64,000 bases of DNA, taken from Candidatus Peribacteria bacterium (lineage in GTDB: Bacteria; Patescibacteriota; Gracilibacteria; Peribacterales; Peribacteraceae). Position 1 is the first letter of the stretch, and every line of letters starts with the position of its first letter. The DNA lies in the NCBI GenBank assembly GCA_023245935.1, contig JAHFJM010000004.1, positions 13,924 to 77,923 of the forward strand, in the 5' to 3' direction. Below, piece after piece: positions 57,753 to 64,000 of the stretch. A model generated the notes under the pieces. That model was not told the origin of the DNA, did no database searches, and saw only the letters and a list, made by a program, of their open reading frames with translations. Made by a program: the position numbers and the translations under genes.

Positions 57753-58078
57753 ACAGATATTAATGATGGTACAAAATACGGTGATGATGTGGAATGAACG
57801 AACGAGAAGATACAGGAAGATTTGGCTTCAGGGAAAGCTTTAGAACTATGCTCACTATTTGTTGAACACAAAATTTACTCATAATGTACGTATAGTTCTG
57901 GACAAAAGAAAAGTTGCCTTTACAATTTGCAACCCTTTTTACAAATCCTATGAATCCGACCCCCCAGATTTCTAAGGACTTGCCCATGAGAATCCTCATG
58001 ACGCACATCGCGCTGATCGCGTTGGTGACGGTCGCAATGCTCGTCAGTCTGCCGACCAATAACCTGATCGGTTAGAGA

Positions 58079-58582
58079 CTATTTCTGCACCTTCTTCAAG
58101 GTGCCCTTTGCAACGAGCGTCTCGTTGCCGGAACCCGAATCTTTCACGAGATAGACCAGCACCGTATTGAAGTTCGTGACGTCTGCTTTGGTCTCGAGCT
58201 TCACGGAGTGACGGACATCACCGACGATGCTTTGGAGCGTTCCGACTTCCATCAAGCCCTTCGATGTGCCGTCTGTAAGCATCGCGAGGTAATGACTGCC
58301 CTTCGGGGCGAGGAGAATATTCACGTTCACCGTGAGAACAGAATTACCATCGTCAAACGTCGGGAAGTAGGCAACACCGTTTGCGTGCGTCTGTCCGACA
58401 CCGTCGATTGCCCCGTACTTGAAGCCCACTTGCGTTCCGTGCACCGGATCCTTGGATCCCTGGATCACCGTATTGTACTTCTGCACTTCGAGAACTTTAC
58501 CGTCATCCACCTTCACGGTGGTCGAGCCGCAGGCAGCGAGGCTCGCGAGAGAGATGAAAAGGAGTGCGTACGTTTTGTTCAT
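58079..58582 (-). CDS. Lipoprotein, function unknown
   Basis: MNKTYALLFISLASLAAC is a signal peptide plus lipobox, followed by a beta-rich mature part. The reverse complement of ATG is at 58580-58582. Confidence 0.55.
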   Translation of the reverse strand: MNKTYALLFISLASLAACGSTTVKVDDGKVLEVQKYNTVIQGSKDPVHGTQVGFKYGAIDGVGQTHANGVAYFPTFDDGNSVLTVNVNILLAPKGSHYLAMLTDGTSKGLMEVGTLQSIVGDVRHSVKLETKADVTNFNTVLVYLVKDSGSGNETLVAKGTLKKVQK

Positions 58583-58656
58583 GGGGGCAAGGGGGAAACA
58601 AAGCAATCATAGTGCGATTCGAGGAGAGAGCAAAAGCGATGCGTCTTGACAGCGAT

Positions 58657-60600
58657 CTACCACAAGTACCCTCGTGGTCTTCCCGTGAGCCTGCTTCGTT
58701 CGAGAGCGGCATGCTGCTCGCTTCTCTGCTGCAGTGAACGGTAGACGGAAGCATCGGAGGGGTAGATCTCCGCAAAGAGCGTGCAGAGCTTCGACAGTTC
58801 CTCCACGTTCGTGGAGAGATCGATGAAGTGCGCATCCTGTTCGATGGCAAGCCCGAAGTCATCCATCAGGAGTTCGAATTCGTGACGGTGAAGATCGAGA
58901 TTTTTTCGGCCACTGCGGAGAAGTTCAACAAGAACCCTCGTGATGCCGAGATCGTTGTAACGACCATAGTGATAGGCGTTCCAGAATGCTTCCAACGCTT
59001 TGTCGTTGTTCTTCTGTTGCAGAAAGAGATCACCCTGCAATTTCCAAATACGATAGTCCTGAGAATTCAGATTCATTTCATGATTGATTGCTTCCTGCGC
59101 TGCATCCGGCGTTCCCTTCGCAAGAAGGATCCCTGCTCGACTCAGCCAACCGTCTCTCGGAAAAAGAGAGTCGTCCGTGAGAGCATAACGAAGCATTGCC
59201 TGAGGATAGTTTCCTGACCTCTCCGCTCTGCGAGCGAGAGAACTAAACAGGAGATACCGTCCTTCGATCAGGGTGAGGAGAAGGAGTGCAAGTGCAATGA
59301 CTACCGATAGTGTTTGCGTGAAAGCGAAAGAAAATTTGGAAGGAAGCGATCTCCGGTTCGGCAGAAGCCCAAGCCCAAGCCAGAACGGAAGTGCGATTCC
59401 GACGAACTGCAGATTGTAATCGATGAGGTTGTGGAGAAGCACTCCTGAAACACTGACCACTATCAATCTGTGAAGCACATCACCGCTTCCCGCTACTCGC
59501 TTCCCGCTACTCTCCTTTCCACCGAAAATCAGGCAGATGCAAACGAGCAGCGCGAAAAGTACCGCAGCAGCAACTCCCCTCTCCATCGCAAGCTTCAGGA
59601 AAACGTTGTGCGGATGATCGGACGTTGCAAGCACATCGGTTTGTATGTGCGGCTGCAGAAACCTGAAACTGTAGGGACCGAAACCAAAGAGCGGTTTCTG
59701 CTGTATGAATGTCAGTGCCTGGCTCCAGAATTGCCTGCGTTCCGAAACGGACGATGTCCCTTCATCTGAAGTGAACGTCGCCTTCTTCGCAACCGATTCG
59801 ACGGCATGGAAGTTCGACCTCAGATGATTGGACAGAACGAAGAAAAGAATCGAGACGGCAATAATCGAGAGTGCGGATGTGAAAAATTTCCGGCATTGAT
59901 TTCCTCGCAGCCCTCTGCGAACAAAAAGCATTGTACAGAGAACAATCTGCATGCAGAAAACAAGAATCGCCCCTCTCGAGTAGCTGAGGAGCAGGCAACT
60001 GAGAAGGAAGCCCATCACGAAAATTTTGAGCAGGTGCGCTCGACTCTCCTGCTTTCTTCCCCACAGTGCCCAGACCATCGGCGGCCATGCGAACAGCAAA
60101 AATTCCGCCCAGGCATTCGGCCAGTAATCCGTCGAGAAACGAGCGTCGAAGAACGTCCCGACGAAGCGACTGACGGGCTGGAGTGTGTAGACGACCATCC
60201 CGATGCCGCAGGCAATGAGTGCTGAGAAAGCAATAATCCTTGCAGAGCGGGATCGAACGTTTTCAAGCTGTGCATCGGGAACTGAGAGTGCGATCTGAAA
60301 GATCAGAAAGAGGGACGCCGTCTGCATCACTTCATCGAGCCCATAATTCTTCGTCGTCGACTGCAGAAAACTCAGGATCGTCCAGAAGAGAAAGAAAAGA
60401 GCGAGGAACCACGGAATCGTCGCCGGTGCTTGCTTCTCTTCACGTGACAGAAAGAACGCATGCAGCAGAGTAATTCCGCATGCAACAAGCGACAGCATCC
60501 ACACAGCATCAAGCGCCTTGCCTCCTTTCCAGAGGATCGAGAAAATCAGCAGAAGAAAGAGGAAGGCGGAGAGAGCGGAGCGGTGGAGTGTCAATCGCAT
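58657..60600 (-). CDS. O-antigen ligase/polymerase (Wzy_C)-like polytopic membrane protein with C-terminal TPR-like repeats
   Basis: About 12 TM helices contain the LLSYSRGAILVF motif typical of Wzy_C/O-antigen ligase. The last 200 aa or so are helical-repeat (TPR-like). Confidence 0.7.
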   Translation of the reverse strand: MRLTLHRSALSAFLFLLLIFSILWKGGKALDAVWMLSLVACGITLLHAFFLSREEKQAPATIPWFLALFFLFWTILSFLQSTTKNYGLDEVMQTASLFLIFQIALSVPDAQLENVRSRSARIIAFSALIACGIGMVVYTLQPVSRFVGTFFDARFSTDYWPNAWAEFLLFAWPPMVWALWGRKQESRAHLLKIFVMGFLLSCLLLSYSRGAILVFCMQIVLCTMLFVRRGLRGNQCRKFFTSALSIIAVSILFFVLSNHLRSNFHAVESVAKKATFTSDEGTSSVSERRQFWSQALTFIQQKPLFGFGPYSFRFLQPHIQTDVLATSDHPHNVFLKLAMERGVAAAVLFALLVCICLIFGGKESSGKRVAGSGDVLHRLIVVSVSGVLLHNLIDYNLQFVGIALPFWLGLGLLPNRRSLPSKFSFAFTQTLSVVIALALLLLTLIEGRYLLFSSLARRAERSGNYPQAMLRYALTDDSLFPRDGWLSRAGILLAKGTPDAAQEAINHEMNLNSQDYRIWKLQGDLFLQQKNNDKALEAFWNAYHYGRYNDLGITRVLVELLRSGRKNLDLHRHEFELLMDDFGLAIEQDAHFIDLSTNVEELSKLCTLFAEIYPSDASVYRSLQQRSEQHAALERSRLTGRPRGYLW

Positions 60601-60642
60601 GCTGAAATCATACCCTACCGAAGGTGTATAATCGTCTCACTC

Positions 60643-61005
60643 ATGGAATTTAACCCTCTCTCACCGGCAGAAAAAGAAATCATCGAGAACAAAGGCACGG
60701 AAGCTCCCCACTCGGGAGAGTACGACAATTTCTTCGAGAAGGGCACGTTCGTGTGTCGGAAATGCAATGCGCCTCTCTATCGGTCCGAGGATAAGTTCCA
60801 CTCACGCTGCGGGTGGCCGAGTTTTGATCAGGAAATAAAAGGTGCGGTGAAACGCATACCGGATGCGGACGGACACAGGATCGAAATCCAGTGCAAGAAC
60901 TGCGGCGGTCACCTCGGTCACGTGTTTGAAGGCGAGCACTTCACCGAGAAGAATACGAGACACTGTGTGAATTCCTTGTCGATGAAGTTCGTACCGGAGC
61001 AGTAA
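60643..61005 (+). CDS. msrB: Peptide-methionine (R)-S-oxide reductase MsrB
   Basis: The pattern is G.F.C..C...L..S..KF.S.CGWPSF, with HLGHVF and the RHCVNS catalytic Cys motif. ATG is at 60643. Confidence 0.9.
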   Translation: MEFNPLSPAEKEIIENKGTEAPHSGEYDNFFEKGTFVCRKCNAPLYRSEDKFHSRCGWPSFDQEIKGAVKRIPDADGHRIEIQCKNCGGHLGHVFEGEHFTEKNTRHCVNSLSMKFVPEQ

Positions 61006-61012
61006 ACGAGCA

Positions 61013-61660
61013 TTAGGGATGCACGACGAAACCGGTTTCTGTTTTCCAATAGGACACCATGTTGAGTTCGAGATTTTGGAGTGCTCCGCCTTTCGGGAGC
61101 ACCAAGAGCGGATCGATGTACTCACTGATCTCCTCCTTCGTCTGAACGTACCCACGCACATCAATACCCGTGCCTCGGTGAATGCCAAGATGCAAGTGTT
61201 TGCGATTGCCATCGGTGTCATGACTTCTGGCAGGTCCGAGAAGGGCAATCTGTTTCCCTGCAACAACCGAAGTACCGTTCTTCGGAAGACTGGAGAGGAA
61301 CAGATGACCGTAAAGAACAGTGACGGATTCTCCGTTGATCTTGCAACGATGCACGATGAGCCCTCCGTATCCTTCGACGAATCCACTCATCACAACTTTT
61401 CCGGAACAGATGGCAAAGACCGGAACATTCACGTCGAGTTCCTCTTTCGTCACTTCGAAATCCGTTCCCACATGGTATCCGATAAAACGCTCCGGCGGGC
61501 TGATGGGATTATTCGCGGGATCCGGCGTGACGTACATGCCGAAGGTGAGGAGAGTCGGTCGAATGCCGATATCGTGTATCGGAACCTGCATCGCAGCCGC
61601 CGTGCAACCGACAAGCAGCAAGCAAAGGCAAGAAAGGTGAAGGGCAGAACGCATGGTCAT
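61013..61660 (-). CDS. M23 (LytM-type) peptidase, lipoprotein-like signal
   Basis: HVGTDFE, YGHL and HLHLGI are the H.xxD / HxH zinc motifs. The signal is MTMRSALHLSCLCLLLVGC. The start is set at 61660. Confidence 0.8.
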   Translation of the reverse strand: MTMRSALHLSCLCLLLVGCTAAAMQVPIHDIGIRPTLLTFGMYVTPDPANNPISPPERFIGYHVGTDFEVTKEELDVNVPVFAICSGKVVMSGFVEGYGGLIVHRCKINGESVTVLYGHLFLSSLPKNGTSVVAGKQIALLGPARSHDTDGNRKHLHLGIHRGTGIDVRGYVQTKEEISEYIDPLLVLPKGGALQNLELNMVSYWKTETGFVVHP

Positions 61661-61765
61661 AGTCTGAAGACGGTACGGAAGCTTCGTTCTTACTCGGAAA
61701 GAATTTCCAGCCTCATCCGTCTGTTTGAAGGCAACATAGTTTTTAAATTCCTTTCCCCACTCATT

Positions 61766-61945
61766 ATGGCAACCGATCTCAGACACCAGCAGCAAATTAT
61801 CGAAGAGCAGAAAAGGCAGACCGGCAAGCTCATCAGCGATCAGAAAACGCTTCTTCATCACGAGCTTACAAATCTCGAGAAGGAGATCTCGCAGATGCAG
61901 AGCCAGAAGAGTCAGGTCGCGGCTGACCTGAGCAAGTTGGGGTAA
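61766..61945 (+). CDS. Possible 59-aa coiled-coil protein
   Basis: The sequence is MATDLRHQQQIIEEQKRQTGKLISDQKTLLHHELTNLEKEISQMQSQKSQVAADLSKLG. This is the only part of the 61019-61945 ORF that is not antisense to the M23 gene. Confidence 0.3.
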   Translation: MATDLRHQQQIIEEQKRQTGKLISDQKTLLHHELTNLEKEISQMQSQKSQVAADLSKLG

Positions 61946-62018
61946 TTTCTCAACTGAGACTTCATCTTTGATGATGTGAGCGTTCCAGCTAGGATGGCTT
62001 CGCTCATTTCATCATCGT

Positions 62019-62105
62019 GCCGATGTGGCGGAATTGGTAGACGCGCACGCTTCAGGAGCGTGTAAGAGCAATCTTGTGCGAGTTCGAGTCTCGCCATCGG
62101 CACCA
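62019..62105 (+). tRNA. tRNA-Leu, anticodon CAG (long variable arm, CCA encoded)
   Basis: The sequence is GCCGATGTGGCGGAATTGGTAGACGCGCACGCTTCAGGAGCGTGTAAGAGCAATCTTGTGCGAGTTCGAGTCTCGCCATCGGCACCA. The anticodon loop is TT-CAG-GA. Confidence 0.9.
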
Positions 62106-62116
62106 CACAAAAATAT

Positions 62117-62512
62117 TTACGCCTTCTTGATGTCCTCCCAAAGCCCCAGAACATTCCCGTCGGGATCCGTGACGTAGGCGTAGTAGCCCATGCCCATCAT
62201 ATCGATCTTCGGCATCACGACTTTTCCGCCGGCTTTTTCGATTTGCTTGATGCGCTCGTCGATCGAGGGAACGTTCATGGCGAAGATCGGTGCCTTCGCG
62301 GTCTTCGTGCGCTTCATGATGCCGCCGTTGATGGCACCGGGCTTGAGCGGCATTCTGGTCTTCTCATCAATCGGCGTCGTGTGCACACCGATGTACTTCG
62401 AACCGTCCGGCATCGGAAAATCCATCAGGTTCCATCCGAAAACGGAACTGTAAAAACCGCGTGCGCGTTCGAGGTCGTCAACCGGTATTTCGAAGTGTAC
62501 GAGAGGATCCAT
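62117..62512 (-). CDS. VOC (glyoxalase/bleomycin-resistance) family protein
   Basis: VHFEIPVDDLERARGFYSSVFGW and YAYVTDPDGNVLGLWE are typical VOC beta-alpha-beta-beta-beta modules. Confidence 0.8.
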   Translation of the reverse strand: MDPLVHFEIPVDDLERARGFYSSVFGWNLMDFPMPDGSKYIGVHTTPIDEKTRMPLKPGAINGGIMKRTKTAKAPIFAMNVPSIDERIKQIEKAGGKVVMPKIDMMGMGYYAYVTDPDGNVLGLWEDIKKA

Positions 62513-62552
62513 GACTAAACATTACCGTGCCTTTCGGACATCCGCAATTTAC

Positions 62553-63260
62553 TTATTTCACCAGAGGTTCTCCCATAATCACATCCTCCACCGCCGCCTC
62601 CACACCCGCCTCCTCCTCCTCGGGCATGGTGACCTGCACCAGAGGCTGATCGACAGGTTCGATTCTGATCGGAAATGTTCCAAGGATGAAGACGGATGTT
62701 GTGATCGTGACCGAGTTCCCCGCGGAAAGAGCCAAAGCAATACTTTTCAATCCCTCCTCATCAACATTCGAATTTCCACGAAGACGAGCTTTGCCGCCGA
62801 TACGAAGCACCTGACCAATCTTCTTCTCAACGGAATCAACCGTGACGAGACTGTTATCGGTTGTCGAGATCTGACGGAAACCTCGCCCACTGACAGACAG
62901 GGTTTTTCCGTCGACGGAAAATGTCATTGGAACCACTCGCTCGACGGGAGCATCGGGCGTGCCTGCATTTACGCGAACGTAGATGGTCGACCCCAGTTCT
63001 ATTGGACCTTCGTCCATGTCTTTAAATTCCACATGCTCTTCCTCCTCTACTTCAACAGCTTTGTCTTCCAAAGGAGGCGCATCCGGGAGCGTCTGCAACA
63101 GAGAAGCACTCTCAACATTCACCGTCGAAACTGCATGAGGATCTTTGAATGCTGTCGTAAGAGCAAGGAGTGCTGCTGCAGATATCCCGAGCGACAGCTT
63201 TTGAGTCGTGCGATTCTCAGGCACCGAATGATTCGCATACTCCTGGAAACGCTCAGCCAT
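62553..63260 (-). CDS. Hypothetical membrane-anchored protein with acidic tail
   Basis: The start is set at MAERFQEY. The TM segment is LSLGISAAALLALTTAF. I recognise no motif. Confidence 0.4.
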   Translation of the reverse strand: MAERFQEYANHSVPENRTTQKLSLGISAAALLALTTAFKDPHAVSTVNVESASLLQTLPDAPPLEDKAVEVEEEEHVEFKDMDEGPIELGSTIYVRVNAGTPDAPVERVVPMTFSVDGKTLSVSGRGFRQISTTDNSLVTVDSVEKKIGQVLRIGGKARLRGNSNVDEEGLKSIALALSAGNSVTITTSVFILGTFPIRIEPVDQPLVQVTMPEEEEAGVEAAVEDVIMGEPLVK

Positions 63261-63367
63261 GACCGAAATAGTACATGTTTCTTCCAACTTTTCGACTACT
63301 TTGCAGGCTGCAGTCAAAATATTGGCTCAGGCATGAGAGAATATCGTATTGGTTTGGTCATGCGTTC

Positions 63368-63766
63368 CTACAAACTCCTCAGAACTTTCTCCAGTGCTTG
63401 GTCATTGTTCTTCTCAGCTTCGTCATACATTTTCTTCTGTGCGTTCCACTCATCTGCTTTTTTCTTCGCGGTCTGCGTATCGGATTCTCTCGCTTGCTGC
63501 ATTGCCAACTCGTATCCTCCCCACGCGAGTAAAGAGATCACTCCACCTAAAACAGCCCTTTCGATGTTCGTGCGCCCCAAGTATCCGAAAGATTCCTTCT
63601 GACTCGCTTGCTTTCGTGATGGTGCAGCTTCAGCGATGACGGGATGATTTCTCATTGTTGTCAGCATAATATTTTCAGAGAGATTTTCGACTATTTCGCA
63701 GCCCATAGGGAAATTCTCGGCTTGTCTCTGAGAAAATATTGCATTGTCCGGAAAAATCCTTAGCAT
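63368..63766 (-). CDS. Hypothetical protein with one TM segment
   Basis: This is a 132-aa ORF with several alternative internal ATGs. The TM segment is AVLGGVISLLAWGGYELAM. Confidence 0.35.
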   Translation of the reverse strand: MLRIFPDNAIFSQRQAENFPMGCEIVENLSENIMLTTMRNHPVIAEAAPSRKQASQKESFGYLGRTNIERAVLGGVISLLAWGGYELAMQQARESDTQTAKKKADEWNAQKKMYDEAEKNNDQALEKVLRSL

Positions 63767-63772
63767 TCCATT

Positions 63773-64000
63773 ATGCGGTCTACTGAACGCAGGGACGAGT
63801 CTCCAAAAAGCAGAATCAATCGCAGTTCACATGTATCACCGTCGATTACTGTCACCCTTTCGATGCTTGTTGCAGCCGGACAGATGAACATTCAAAATGT
63901 GTTCGAAGAACATGAACCGCGCGATTCACAGACCGTGCTCACCGTCGAGCAAAGTCCGGAAGACATTGCGCATCTTCAGCAGATCAATGTCGATCTTGAT
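63773..64000 (+). CDS. Partial CDS (5' end only), hypothetical membrane-anchored protein
   Basis: From the ATG at 63773 the frame stays open to the window end (76 codons), reading MRSTERRDESPKSRINRSSHVSPSITVTLSMLVAAGQ... Confidence 0.3.
   Translation, partial: MRSTERRDESPKSRINRSSHVSPSITVTLSMLVAAGQMNIQNVFEEHEPRDSQTVLTVEQSPEDIAHLQQINVDLD

Noticed and set aside
61019-61765. The N-terminal ~250 codons of the 308-aa plus-strand ORF
   Set aside because: This part is antisense to the M23 peptidase gene, which has clear zinc motifs. Only the non-overlapping tail (61766-61945) was kept, as a low-confidence small ORF.
329-62105. All nine tRNA genes encode CCA although a CCA-adding enzyme is present
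   Set aside because: This is common in bacteria, where the enzyme then acts in repair. It is not unusual enough to report as a finding.
62511-63602. A 363-aa plus-strand ORF
   Set aside because: It overlaps two minus-strand ORFs and the VOC gene end. It has a low-complexity His/Arg/Leu/Phe composition and no motifs.
1-64000. Alternative genetic code (TGA recoding, as in some candidate phyla)
   Set aside because: Well-conserved genes terminate at TGA at their expected lengths (for example obg at 9181-9183 and tsaD at 51656-51658). I saw no in-frame TGA inside the conserved genes I read, so the standard bacterial code fits.
1-64000. Mobile elements, prophage, toxin-antitoxin or recognisable defence systems
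   Set aside because: By eye I found no transposase, integrase, recombinase, phage structural, restriction/modification or Cas-like motifs. The compositionally odd ORFans are reported as findings but cannot be assigned to such systems.

Overview
This is a gene-dense 64-kb bacterial chromosomal segment with about 70 CDS and 9 tRNA genes, all with an encoded CCA end. I saw no rRNA, CRISPR array, transposase or integrase. TAA, TAG and TGA all terminate recognisable genes, so the standard code 11 applies. Housekeeping genes (rpmA, cca, gap, dnaK, obg, frr, pyrH, pyk, rsmH, murE, lgt, tsaD, msrB, bcp) are interleaved with many envelope or secreted-protein genes and several AT-richer ORFans. Shine-Dalgarno motifs are rare at the starts I inspected, and several genes have promoter-like -10 hexamers almost touching the start codon. 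The source looks like an uncultivated small-genome (CPR/Patescibacteria-like) bacterium, but that is inference only. The main finding is a co-directional minus-strand block at 24.9-37.3 kb. It encodes a 3,091-aa giant surface protein and two paralogous N-anchored cysteine-rich proteins. The giant protein runs from a Cys-rich head through about 600 residues of strict 11-residue Tyr/Ala repeats, tandem 98-aa repeats, arrays of a 6-Cys knot module and codon-diverse poly-Ser linkers to myxo-type Cys repeats and a C-terminal TM plus Arg tail. One of the two paralogues carries a dockerin-like EF-hand pair. The block sits head-to-head with a GT39 protein O-mannosyltransferase. I interpret this as a candidate disulfide-knotted, O-glycosylated surface fibre or attachment locus that I cannot match to a described system. 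Other notable items are a tRNA-Ile with a genomic UAU anticodon, a symmetric CIRCE variant overlapping the dnaK promoter, a 19-nt tRNA-Ser 5' fragment exactly one tRNA length upstream of tRNA-Ser(UGA), a truncated PilC/GspF-like membrane protein, and an orphan PurQ-like amidotransferase. Coordinates of refined starts were checked by hand against the sequence. Functions are motif-level calls made without database searches.
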